A stretch of 46,365 bases of DNA from an uncultured Thermodesulfobacteriota bacterium (GCA_964439795.1 CAYTRL010000001.1:1-46365), one strand, 5' to 3'. Positions 33,779 through 42,691 are shown, counted from the first letter of the stretch. Program-made: numbers and translations. The notes: generated from the sequence alone by a model not told the origin.

Positions 33779-34420
33779 ATGAGACGAATAAAGGACGCTG
33801 GTCCCGACCGCCCGTTGCGGACCGGAGAGCGGGTTCCGGATCCGCTCGGGTTCGGTGGACGAAGTTCCATGATGCTGATGATGGCGGTGCTGGCTGTTTT
33901 CCTGTGGGTCTCCGGATGCGGATTGTTCGTGAAACCTGAAGGGGAACTGATCCCGATCCGTGAAAAGGCCCCCGAGTTTTCCCTCCGGGACCAGAACGAG
34001 GAAATGGTGTCCCTCCAGGGGATGCTGGACCGGGGACCCGTTCTGCTGGTCTTCTACCGGGGGCACTGGTGACTGTTCTGCCGGAACCAGCTCGGGAAGC
34101 TGGCCAGGAACGAAGAAGCCTTCCAGCAGCGAAACGTGGGAATCGTTGCCGTAAGCGTGGACACCCCGGAGGATTTACGGAAACTGGCGGAGAATCAGGG
34201 GATCCTTTATCCCCTGCTGTCCGACCCGGACCGGGAGGTCATCCGTCGCTACGGGGTGGCGGACCATGACGAACCCATTGCCGTGCCTGCCATCTTCCTC
34301 GTGGGGAGGGACGGGACGATCCTGTGGCGGCAGGTGGGCGAGTTCATCGGAAAGCGGCCCCGGCCTTCCTCCCTGCTGGAGGTGATCGACGAGCAGACCG
34401 GCGCGGTCCCCCCTGGTTGA
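33779..34420 (+). CDS. Probable selenoprotein: AhpC/TSA (redoxin)-family peroxiredoxin-like lipoprotein with in-frame UGA (Sec) at 34070-34072
   Basis: ORFs 33779-34072 and 34136-34420 are in the same frame. The junction reads VLLVFYRGHW-TGA-LFCRNQL, i.e. the FYRGxW-C-xxC redox box with the first Cys replaced by UGA. The downstream part continues the fold (VAVSVD, YPLLSD, PAIFLVGRDGTI). Lipobox VSGC. AAGGAG RBS before ATG 33779 (alternative start 33869). Confidence 0.75.
34076..34110 (+). promoter_or_regulatory. Candidate bacterial SECIS hairpin
   Basis: Upper stem CCAGC (34087-34091) / GCUGG (34099-34103) with a G-rich 7-nt apical loop UCGGGAA. Lower stem CUG (34078-34080) / CAG (34105-34107). 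The apical loop starts 19 nt after the UGA. Confidence 0.5.
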
Positions 34421-34600
34421 CCTCGTGTGGCGAACCGGAGGATCGAGATCCGGTTGCGGCCGGTGGAGGTGCTCGAATCGTGGAGCAGACGGGGGACCTC
34501 GCAGCGGATTGAAGTGCGATAAGGAAATATCTATCATGATAGTTTCTCACGGCGCCCCGCCGCCGTCCCAGGTGGCCTGTCATCAGGCCGGGAGGACCCC

Positions 34601-35269
34601 ATGAAGATTGCTTTGCTCCCCCTCATTCCGCTGGCGTTCACGGCCTTCTGCCTGATCCGTGCGGAGTTTGCCGACGACCGGCGGCGGATCTATCTTTGGA
34701 AACCCCTCTCCACCTCCCTGGTGATCCTGACGGCCCTGCTCTCGCTGTGGGACGGCGGGACCCCGAACCTCACCTACACCGCCGGGGTTCTGGTGGGCCT
34801 GGCGCTGTGCATGGCCGGGGACATGATGCTCATGTTCCCGCAGAACCGGAAGGCGTTTCTGGCAGGACTCATCTTTTTCCTTCTGGGACATGTGGCCTAC
34901 GCGGTCACCTTCGCCGTCCTGGGCGGGTTCCACGGTGAGGATTGGGTTTCCGGACTGCTTCTTCTCGTGGTCGGGGTGGCCTTCTTTCTCTACCTGCGGC
35001 CTTCCCTGGGGACGATGAAGGGCCCGGTGATCGTGTATATCCTGGTGATATCGTTCATGGTCAACCGGGGGGTGGCCCTGTTCGAGAGCGAGGCGTTCAC
35101 TCCGGTCCAGGCCTGGATGATCGCCCTGGGTGCGATCCTGTTCTACGTGTCCGACGTGATCCTTGCCCTGGCCCGTTACGCCAGACCGTTCCGGTACAAC
35201 CGGATCAGCCTGGCCTTCTACTATGCCGGGCAGGCCCTCATCGCCCTGGCCGCGTCGTATGCCGGGTGA
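34601..35269 (+). CDS. YhhN-family integral membrane protein (lysoplasmalogenase-like), paralog 2
   Basis: 222 aa polytopic protein. FYVSDVILALARY...YYAGQALI parallels FCISDGVLAWNRF...YYSAQILI of the paralog at 6145-6813. Confidence 0.75.
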   Translation: MKIALLPLIPLAFTAFCLIRAEFADDRRRIYLWKPLSTSLVILTALLSLWDGGTPNLTYTAGVLVGLALCMAGDMMLMFPQNRKAFLAGLIFFLLGHVAYAVTFAVLGGFHGEDWVSGLLLLVVGVAFFLYLRPSLGTMKGPVIVYILVISFMVNRGVALFESEAFTPVQAWMIALGAILFYVSDVILALARYARPFRYNRISLAFYYAGQALIALAASYAG

Positions 35270-35276
35270 GGGAAAT

Positions 35277-36542
35277 ATGAACGTCCGGCTGCAGTATGGA
35301 AACGGAGATCTGGAGGTGGAGGTGCCTTCCTCCCGGGTGACCGTGCTCCGGCCGAGGTTCGTGCCGGGGCTCCCGGAGGAGGGGGCAGCCTTCCTGGATG
35401 CGGTCCGGAACCCCGTGGGGTGCGCCCCTCTCCGGGAGGTCGTGCGGGCCACCGACCGGCTGGCGGTGGTCATTCCGGATGTCACCCGGCCCTTTCCCTC
35501 GCGGCGGGTGCTGCCCTGGCTCCTGGGGGAACTGTCACACATACCCCGGCACCGCTTCACGATCATCGTGGGGGGCGGAACACACCGCGCCTGCACCCGG
35601 GAAGAACTGGCGGGCCTGGTGGGGCAGGGCGTCCTGGACTCCGTGGAGATCGTGAGCCACAGCGCCTTCGACGACCGCACCCTGGCCGCCACCGGCGCGC
35701 AAGCCGGGGACGCTCCGGTCCGGATGAACCGGCACTACGTGCACGCGGACCGGCGGATCGTGCTGGGGTTCATCGAGCCGCACTTCTTCGCCGGGTTTTC
35801 CGGCGGGTACAAGGGGGTTTTCCCGGGTGTGGCGGACATCGCGTCGATCCTGCACTACCACCGGCCCGGGGTGATCGAGGACGAGCGGAGCACCTGGGGC
35901 GTGCTGGAGAGCAACCCCACGCAGGAGCAGATCCGCACCTTCGGTTCCCGGCCTCCGATCGACTTTCTACTAAACGTCACGCTGAACAGCCGGCAGGAGA
36001 TTACCGGCTTCTACTGCGGCGATCCCCTGGAGGCCCACCGGCAGGGATGCGCCTCTGTCTGGGAGAGGGCCACGGCGCCTTGCGAGGAGCCGTTTCCCCT
36101 GGTGATCACTTCCAACAGCGGGTACCCGCTGGACCAGAACCTCTACCAGTCGGTGAAGGGGATGTCGGCCGCCGTCCAGGTCCTCGATCACGGGGGCCTC
36201 ATCGTGATGGCCTCCCGCTGCAACGACGGCTTTCCGGCGCACGGAAACTTCACCCGGCTTCTCCACGAATCCTCGTCTCCGGAAGACCTGCTCCGTACGA
36301 TACACAACCCGGACTTCCGTGTGGACGACCAGTGGGAGGCCCAGAAACTCGCCCTGGTGCTCAAAAAGGCCCGGGTGGCCCTTTACAGCGAGCTTTCCCC
36401 GGAGAGCGTGCGGCAGGCGCACCTGGAGCCGGTTGAAGACCTGAACGCCTTTCTCGCGGAAACCCTGGCCCGTCTCGGTCCTGACACGCCCGTGGCGGTC
36501 CTGCCTGAAGGCCCCATGACCATCCCGCTCATCCGAACGTGA
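35277..36542 (+). CDS. larA: LarA-family (DUF2088) nickel-pincer-dependent racemase/epimerase-like protein
   Basis: MNVRLQYGNGDLEVEVP...VVIPDVTRP...IIVGGGTHR...GFIEPHFFAGFSGGYKGVFPG. ATG 35277 lies 7 nt after the YhhN stop. Confidence 0.8.
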   Translation: MNVRLQYGNGDLEVEVPSSRVTVLRPRFVPGLPEEGAAFLDAVRNPVGCAPLREVVRATDRLAVVIPDVTRPFPSRRVLPWLLGELSHIPRHRFTIIVGGGTHRACTREELAGLVGQGVLDSVEIVSHSAFDDRTLAATGAQAGDAPVRMNRHYVHADRRIVLGFIEPHFFAGFSGGYKGVFPGVADIASILHYHRPGVIEDERSTWGVLESNPTQEQIRTFGSRPPIDFLLNVTLNSRQEITGFYCGDPLEAHRQGCASVWERATAPCEEPFPLVITSNSGYPLDQNLYQSVKGMSAAVQVLDHGGLIVMASRCNDGFPAHGNFTRLLHESSSPEDLLRTIHNPDFRVDDQWEAQKLALVLKKARVALYSELSPESVRQAHLEPVEDLNAFLAETLARLGPDTPVAVLPEGPMTIPLIRT

Positions 36543-36653
36543 CTCCCCCGGCGGATTTCAGGAGAAGAGGATGCCTGCTCACACCTTTGTCGTCGTTGGA
36601 AAAAAACCCGAAAAGAAAAACCAAACGTTTCCCGGAAAGTGACAGAAGGAGCC

Positions 36654-39500
36654 ATGGCGCATCATCGGGGAGGATATCTGGAGATCCGCGGGGCGGCGGA
36701 GCACAACCTGAAAAGTATCTCTCTGCGCATCCCGAAAAACCGGCTCGTGGTCTTTGCCGGCCCCTCGGGTTCCGGGAAGTCCTCCCTGGCCTTCGACACC
36801 CTCTACGCGGAAGGACAGCGCCGGTACATCGAATCCCTTTCCTCTTATGCCCGCCAGTTTCTCGGGCAGATGGACAAGCCACGATACGACCAGATCCGCG
36901 GGTTGAGCCCCACCATCAGCATCGAGCAGAAGGCGGCCAGCAATAACCCCCGGTCCACGGTGGGAACGATCACCGAGGTGTACGACTACCTGCGGGTGCT
37001 CTATGCCCGGGTGGGCCGCCAGCACTGCCACGGCTGCGGGCGTGCCGTGGAGCCGCTGTCCGGCCAGCAGATCGTGGACCGCGTCCTGGGGCTCAAAGCC
37101 GGCACCCGGTTCCTGCTCCTGGCTCCGCTCGTGGAGAACCGGAAGGGGGCCCACCGGGAGCTGCTGGCGGATGCCGTCCGGGAGGGGTACACCCGCGTGC
37201 GGATCGACGGCGAGGTCTGTGCCGCCCAGGAGGCCCCGGCCCTGGACAAGAACCGGAAACACACCCTGGAGATCGTGGTGGACCGGCTGGTGGCCCCGGA
37301 CCCCGCGGGGGAGAGCTACCGGGCGCGCCTCACGGATTCGGTGGAAATGGCCCTCCGGAAGGGGGACGGCCGGGTGATCTGCGCCCAGGTCTCCGGGGAA
37401 GAACGGCTCTACTCCAGGCACCTGCACTGTCCGCACTGTGATCTGGGCTTTCCCAACCTGACGCCCCAGAGCTTTTCCTTCAACTCGCCCCTGGGTATGT
37501 GCCCCGACTGCAACGGCCTGGGCATCAAACCCGAGATGGATCCGGACCTGGTGGTTCCCGATCCCACCCTGAGCGTCCGACAGGGGGCCGTGGAGCCCTG
37601 GGCCCGGGTGATGGAGCGTTCCGGGAGCTGGACCGGATCCCTGATCCACCGGTTTGCCACTGAATACGGGGTGGACTTGGACCGGCCCTGGAACCGGCTT
37701 CCCCGGAAGCATCGGGACCTGCTCCTGTACGGGTCCCGGGGCCGGAAGATCGCCATGACCCTGGAGTTCGCCTCCGGAAAGCTGGAATGGGCCCGGGCCT
37801 TCGAGGGCGTGCTCAACGAGTTGTACCGCCGGTTCCGGCAGACGAAGTCCGAAAGCATGCGCAAGTATTACATGCGCTATTTGTCCGAGGCCCGGTGCTC
37901 CTCCTGTCTGGGGAAGCGGCTCCGGCCCGAGTCGGTCATGGTCAAGCTGGCCGGCGTGAGTTTGCCGGAACTCACTGCCATGACCATACAGCAGACAGCG
38001 GACTTCCTGCAGCGCATGCCCCTGGACCGCACGGAGAAGAAGATCGCCGTGGAGGTTCTCAAGGAGATCCGGTCCCGGCTGGGGTTTCTCACCGGCGTGG
38101 GTCTGGGGTATCTCACCCTGGACCGTGCGGGGCCGTCCCTGTCCAGCGGGGAGGGACAGCGGATCCGGCTGGCCAGTCAGATCGGGAGTGAGCTCACCGG
38201 GGTGCTCTACATCCTGGACGAGCCCTCCATCGGGCTGCACCCGCGCGACAACGGGCGCCTGCTCCAGACCCTGGAGCAGCTGCGGGACACGGGAAATACA
38301 GTGATCGTGGTGGAGCACGACACCGAGACCGTCCGGGCCGCGGACCACGTAGTTGATTTCGGCCCGGGGGCCGGCGTGGACGGGGGGCGGGTGGTCTTCT
38401 CGGGTACGCCCGCTCAGATAGCCCGTTCCCGGCAATCGCTTACGGGAAAGTACCTTTCCGGAAGGCTCTGCATCGAGACCCCTGCCGCCAGGAGGCCGGG
38501 CTCCGGGAAACAGATCGCCGTGAAGGGGGCCGCCGAGAACAACCTGAAGGATCTCACCGTGGGGTTTCCCCTGGAAACCTTCGTGGCCGTCACGGGGGTT
38601 TCAGGCGCCGGCAAGAGCACCCTGGTGAACGCGATCCTCTATCCGGCCCTGCGGCGTTCCCTTTACGGAAGCACCGTGGCGGTGGGGGCTCACCGCAGGA
38701 TTTCCGGGGCCGGCGGCATCGACAAGGTGATCGATATCGACCAGCGACCCATCGGGCGCACGCCCCGGTCCAACCCGGTGACCTATACCAAGGTGTTCGA
38801 CCACATCCGCCGGGTGTTTTCCCTGACCCCCGAGTCCCGCGCCTACGGGTTCAAGCCGGGGCGCTTCTCGTTCAACGTGAAGGGGGGCCGGTGCGAGACC
38901 TGCCAGGGGGACGGGGTCCGGCGGATCGAGATGCACTTCCTGCCGGACGTGTACGTGACCTGCGAGGTCTGCGGGGGCAAGCGGTTCAACGACGCGACCC
39001 TGCGTGTGCGCTTCAAAGGGCTCAACATCGCCGAGGTGCTCGATCTCTCCGTGCGGGAGGCCATGGTGGTGTTTGCCAATCAGCCCCGGGTGATGGCGGG
39101 CCTGACCACCCTGGCCGATGTGGGGGTGGATTACCTGCGCCTGGGCCAGCCCTCACCCACCCTGTCCGGCGGGGAAGCGCAGCGGATCAAGCTGGCCCGG
39201 GAGCTTTCCCGCAGCGCCACGGGACGCACCCTGTACATCCTGGACGAGCCCACCACCGGTCTTCACCCCCACGACCTTCGCAAGCTGCTCCAGGTGCTGA
39301 ACCGGCTCGTGGACGCGGGCAACTCGGTGATCGTCATCGAGCACAACCTGGACGTGATCCGGTGCGCGGACCATGTGATCGACCTGGGACCCGAGGGCGG
39401 GGACGGCGGGGGAACCGTGGTGGTCACCGGCACGCCCGAGGCGGTCTCCCGCTGCAGGCGAAGCTACACCGGCCGCTATCTCCGGGAAGTCCTGTCATAG
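36654..39500 (+). CDS. uvrA: Excinuclease ABC subunit A
   Basis: [13 protein letters not shown], two ABC modules ([44 protein letters not shown]), and Zn-finger Cys pairs (CPHC...CPDC, CETC...CEVC). Confidence 0.95.
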   Translation: MAHHRGGYLEIRGAAEHNLKSISLRIPKNRLVVFAGPSGSGKSSLAFDTLYAEGQRRYIESLSSYARQFLGQMDKPRYDQIRGLSPTISIEQKAASNNPRSTVGTITEVYDYLRVLYARVGRQHCHGCGRAVEPLSGQQIVDRVLGLKAGTRFLLLAPLVENRKGAHRELLADAVREGYTRVRIDGEVCAAQEAPALDKNRKHTLEIVVDRLVAPDPAGESYRARLTDSVEMALRKGDGRVICAQVSGEERLYSRHLHCPHCDLGFPNLTPQSFSFNSPLGMCPDCNGLGIKPEMDPDLVVPDPTLSVRQGAVEPWARVMERSGSWTGSLIHRFATEYGVDLDRPWNRLPRKHRDLLLYGSRGRKIAMTLEFASGKLEWARAFEGVLNELYRRFRQTKSESMRKYYMRYLSEARCSSCLGKRLRPESVMVKLAGVSLPELTAMTIQQTADFLQRMPLDRTEKKIAVEVLKEIRSRLGFLTGVGLGYLTLDRAGPSLSSGEGQRIRLASQIGSELTGVLYILDEPSIGLHPRDNGRLLQTLEQLRDTGNTVIVVEHDTETVRAADHVVDFGPGAGVDGGRVVFSGTPAQIARSRQSLTGKYLSGRLCIETPAARRPGSGKQIAVKGAAENNLKDLTVGFPLETFVAVTGVSGAGKSTLVNAILYPALRRSLYGSTVAVGAHRRISGAGGIDKVIDIDQRPIGRTPRSNPVTYTKVFDHIRRVFSLTPESRAYGFKPGRFSFNVKGGRCETCQGDGVRRIEMHFLPDVYVTCEVCGGKRFNDATLRVRFKGLNIAEVLDLSVREAMVVFANQPRVMAGLTTLADVGVDYLRLGQPSPTLSGGEAQRIKLARELSRSATGRTLYILDEPTTGLHPHDLRKLLQVLNRLVDAGNSVIVIEHNLDVIRCADHVIDLGPEGGDGGGTVVVTGTPEAVSRCRRSYTGRYLREVLS

Positions 39501-39505
39501 TAGCC

Positions 39506-39598
39506 GGGGCCAGGTCTTCATTTTACATTTTTCTCGTAGATGCCGTGCCGGACAACTCGTTCGGATAGACGAAAAATGTAAAATGAAGACCTGACCCC
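39506..39598 (+). repeat. 93-nt hairpin element, copy 2 (27/28-bp stem)
   Basis: ggggccaggtcttcattttacatttttc ... gaaaaatgtaaaatgaagacctgacccc. Starts 5 nt after the uvrA TAG. The loop is 31/37 identical to the reverse complement of the copy-1 loop. Confidence 0.85.
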
Positions 39599-39638
39599 AT
39601 GATGTCTTCCGTCACGTTCCGACCGGTGGTTTTATCGC

Positions 39639-39668
39639 TTGACACACGATTCTCTCTTTCCCTATGCT
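39639..39668 (+). promoter_or_regulatory. Sigma70-like promoter upstream of the sensor kinase operon
   Basis: TTGACA (39639-39644), 18-nt spacer, TATGCT (39663-39668). Confidence 0.4.
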
Positions 39669-39978
39669 GACGAACAGGGATAAGGCTCTTTTCTTTTTTT
39701 GTCTTTCTTTCTCCTTTCCCGTCTGTTGCGTGAGCCGATCAAGAACCACCCTCCGCCCTGTAGATCCGGCTGCCGATGAAGGAGGGAGCAGGGCCTCTGT
39801 GCTTTCGGAAGTACAGGGCTCCGTTTTCTGCCGATCCATGCGGATGGCGACGGGAAGGACGACACGTGTCGATGATCGACGGTCTTGCACACGGCGACCC
39901 CCTGTTCCCTCCCGGGAAGGCCACCGGAACGGAGGCGTCTCCGGATTGGGGGATCCGATGGGGGCGGAGAGGATCACC

Positions 39979-41997
39979 ATGGATCTGAGCTCGATCTACC
40001 GAACCGTCCTGGAACATATGAATGAGCAGGTCTACGTCCGGGACCTGGACATGAACCTTCTTTATATAAATCCTGCGGCGGAATCGCTTACCGGATGGCC
40101 TGCTCAAGAGGCCATGGGAAAGAAATGCTACGAGGTGTTCGGTGACGCCGAACGGGAATGCAAAAAGGTCTGTCCCGTAGAAAAGGCGATTTCTTCGAAC
40201 CAGTGCATCTTCCATCATGAGGGCAGGCTGAAAACCAGAGGCGGCCGTGTCCTGGACATGCAGGTTTCCATTTCACCGCTCCTTACCGGGGCAGAAGTGG
40301 CGGGCGCGGCCGTGGTCATGCAGGACATCACCCGCCTGAAGAAGGCCGAGGAAACCCACGTCAAGGCCCTGGCCGCCCTGGAAAAGGAGGTGGAGGAAAG
40401 CAGGAATCGATATTCGGTCTCGCTGGACGCCGTGCCGGATTTAGTGTTTGAGATCGCCCTGGACGGCACGTTTCTGTACGTGAACCGGTTCGCCGTAGAG
40501 ACCCTCGGCTACTCCAGGGAAACGTTCGGCAGGCTCAACCTCGCGGATCTTCTCGACGAGGAAGCGCTGAAGGAGTGGGGGGAGCGGTACGCCCGGTTGC
40601 TCGAGACAAAGGATCTGGGGGGAGCGTACAGGCGCAATGTGCGGAAGAGCGACGGAACGTTTGTTCCCCTGGAAGCGCATGCGGTTTTTCTCGAAAGGCG
40701 CGGCCGGCAGCCCACGATCCTGGGCGTAGCGCGTCTCATCTCCGAACGGCTGGAACGGGAAGAGCGGATGGAGAAGCTGAACCGTCTCCGGGAGGAACTG
40801 CTCAAACCCGCCGGCCTTCGCGAGAAGCTCGCCATCATCTCCGAGGGGATCGTATCGGTTTTCAGGGCGGATCTGTGTCGTATATGGGTCACGAAACCCG
40901 GCGATCTCTGTGAAACAGGCTGCATTCACAGCCAGGGCGAAGAGGGCCCCCACCTTTGTCGCTCTCGGCATCTCTGTCTCCACCTCCTTGTCAGCTCCGG
41001 ACGATACACGCACACCGACGGGGAAGTCCACGGTCGGGTTCCGTTCGGATGCTACAAGATCGGGAAGCTGGCTTCCGGAGAATATCAGAAATTTCTCACC
41101 AACGAGGCCGCGCAAGAGCCGGCCATCCACGATCAGGAGTGGGTAAGAGAGCGGGGCCTGGTCTCCTTCGCCGGGTACAGGCTCCTTTCCGCGCAGGAGG
41201 ATGTCATCGGCGTCCTGGCCCTTTTCAGCCGGAACGCCCTTTCTCCGGAGGAGGACGCGTTGCTGGAAGGGCTTGCCGGTACCGCCTCCCAGGTCATCCA
41301 GACAGCCGAGGTGGAGGACGCCTTGCGGCAGCATGCGGAGTTGCAAAAGGTTCTTCTCCGCGAGGTCAACCACCGGGTCAAGAACAATCTGTCCGCCATC
41401 ATCGGAATGCTGTACATGGAAAAAGATCATGCCGAGGGCCAGGGGGACGCGTCCTATCTGAACGTGCTTGGAGATCTGGTCGGGCGTGTGGAAGGACTTT
41501 TAACGGTCCACAGCCTGTTGTCCGCATCCGGCTGGCATCCGTTGAATTTAACTGAGCTTTGCGAACAGGTGGTCAACGGTTCGCTGCAGGGAGTGCCTTT
41601 GGACAAAACCGTTTCGGTCGACGTGAACCGGAGCACCGAAAGCATATCGAGCAATCAGGCCCATCACCTCACCCTGGTCATCAATGAGCTCGCAACCAAT
41701 ACGGTCAAGCATGCGCTGGCCGAAAACGATGCCGTAAAAATCCACATGGATATCTTTCGGGAGGGAGAGGATGTCCATATCGTCTTCAGAGATGACGGGC
41801 CCGGCTATCCCCGGGCCATGATGGAAGGGGATTTGCGCCGGGCGGGGGTCGGGTTCGATCTCATCGTGGGTATCGTCCGGGAAACTCTGCGGGGCAGGGT
41901 GCGGCTCGATAACGACAACGGAGCCGTGACGACCCTTGTCTTCAAACCCGGGAAAGACCAGGAACCGATGGGAGGCGGTACGTTTGAAGGGAAATGA
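39979..41997 (+). CDS. PAS-PAS-GAF sensor histidine kinase with a HisKA_2-type H-box
   Basis: PAS: VLEHMNEQVYVRDLDMNLLYINPAAESLTGW. Second PAS: PDLVFEIALDGTFLYVNRFAVETLGYSRE. H-box: EVNHRVKNNLSAIIGML. ATPase: LVINELATNTVKHA, FRDDGPGYP. Start at 39979 (GGAGAGGA 6 nt upstream) or 39958. The upstream 100 codons of the ORF track are not protein-like. Confidence 0.8.
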   Translation: MDLSSIYRTVLEHMNEQVYVRDLDMNLLYINPAAESLTGWPAQEAMGKKCYEVFGDAERECKKVCPVEKAISSNQCIFHHEGRLKTRGGRVLDMQVSISPLLTGAEVAGAAVVMQDITRLKKAEETHVKALAALEKEVEESRNRYSVSLDAVPDLVFEIALDGTFLYVNRFAVETLGYSRETFGRLNLADLLDEEALKEWGERYARLLETKDLGGAYRRNVRKSDGTFVPLEAHAVFLERRGRQPTILGVARLISERLEREERMEKLNRLREELLKPAGLREKLAIISEGIVSVFRADLCRIWVTKPGDLCETGCIHSQGEEGPHLCRSRHLCLHLLVSSGRYTHTDGEVHGRVPFGCYKIGKLASGEYQKFLTNEAAQEPAIHDQEWVRERGLVSFAGYRLLSAQEDVIGVLALFSRNALSPEEDALLEGLAGTASQVIQTAEVEDALRQHAELQKVLLREVNHRVKNNLSAIIGMLYMEKDHAEGQGDASYLNVLGDLVGRVEGLLTVHSLLSASGWHPLNLTELCEQVVNGSLQGVPLDKTVSVDVNRSTESISSNQAHHLTLVINELATNTVKHALAENDAVKIHMDIFREGEDVHIVFRDDGPGYPRAMMEGDLRRAGVGFDLIVGIVRETLRGRVRLDNDNGAVTTLVFKPGKDQEPMGGGTFEGK

Positions 41998-42634
41998 GAA
42001 CATTCGCGTCCTGATCGTGGAAGACGACTACCTCATCGGTGAAACGATAAAGCGTACGCTGAAAACGATCGGTTATGAGGTGGCCGGGAAAGCCTCCAAT
42101 GGGCTTGAAGCCGTGGAGATGGCCTGTTCCCTGCGGCCGGATATCGTTCTCATGGATATCCAGATGCCGGATCTCGATGGCCTGGAAGCCACCCGCCGGA
42201 TCCAGGAATGTTGCCCCGTGCCTGTCGTGGCCCTGACCGCGTACGAATCACAGGATCTCGTGAACAAAGCAGGCGAGGTGGGTGTTGCCGCCTACTTGAC
42301 CAAGCCGCCAAGACGTGCCGAGATCGAAAGAGCTGTCACGATCGCCATGGCGCGACATCGGGACATGATGGAATTGCGCCGGCTCTACGGGGAACTGGAG
42401 ACCCAAAAAAACGAGATCGAGAAAGCCCTGGCTGAAATCAAGATCCTTCGAGGGATTCTCCCCATTTGTTCCCGATGCAAAAATATCCGAAACGACAAAG
42501 GGTACTGGGAAGAGGTTGAAGCATATGTCGGCAGGTATTCAGAAGCTGCATTCAGCCACGGTTTATGCCCGGGTTGCATGGACAAGCTTTATGGCGATGA
42601 AGACTGGTACAAGAAAAGCCAGGGCGAAAAATAG
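41984..42634 (+). CDS. Response regulator: receiver domain, coiled-coil linker, and a C-terminal CxxC...CxxC module
   Basis: IRVLIVEDDYLIG...IVLMDIQMPDLDG...VVALTAY...YLTKP. C-terminus: ILPICSRCKNIRNDKGYWEEVEAYVGRYSEAAFSHGLCPGCMDKLYG. Likely TTG start at 41984 (GGGAGG 8 nt upstream) overlapping the kinase stop; an ATG at 41936 is also possible. Confidence 0.8.
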   Translation: MKGNENIRVLIVEDDYLIGETIKRTLKTIGYEVAGKASNGLEAVEMACSLRPDIVLMDIQMPDLDGLEATRRIQECCPVPVVALTAYESQDLVNKAGEVGVAAYLTKPPRRAEIERAVTIAMARHRDMMELRRLYGELETQKNEIEKALAEIKILRGILPICSRCKNIRNDKGYWEEVEAYVGRYSEAAFSHGLCPGCMDKLYGDEDWYKKSQGEK

Positions 42635-42691
42635 CTTCCCGGCATTCGCTGCAACCTCCCCTGCCGTCCATGCGGAACCGCCCGGACCGGA

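Noticed and set aside
34136-34420. Treating the 94-aa ORF as an independent gene starting at ATG 34136
   Set aside because: It would be a fragment starting in the middle of the redoxin fold. It has no RBS and is in frame with the upstream ORF across a single TGA, so read-through is the better explanation.
36579-38435. 618-aa minus-strand ORF (similarly 25892-27589, 23731-25314, 7789-9378, 1856-3538, 40441-41430)
   Set aside because: All are antisense shadows of well-supported genes (uvrA, the GNAT fusion, FAD oxidoreductase/queC, the glycosyltransferase, the HMGR fusion, the sensor kinase). All have GC-skewed junk composition.
39776-39988. 70-aa ORF with a strong GAAGGAGGG context in the kinase leader
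   Set aside because: Its composition (G/R/P/W-rich) is not protein-like, and it overlaps the probable kinase start. I kept it only as a note within the leader finding.
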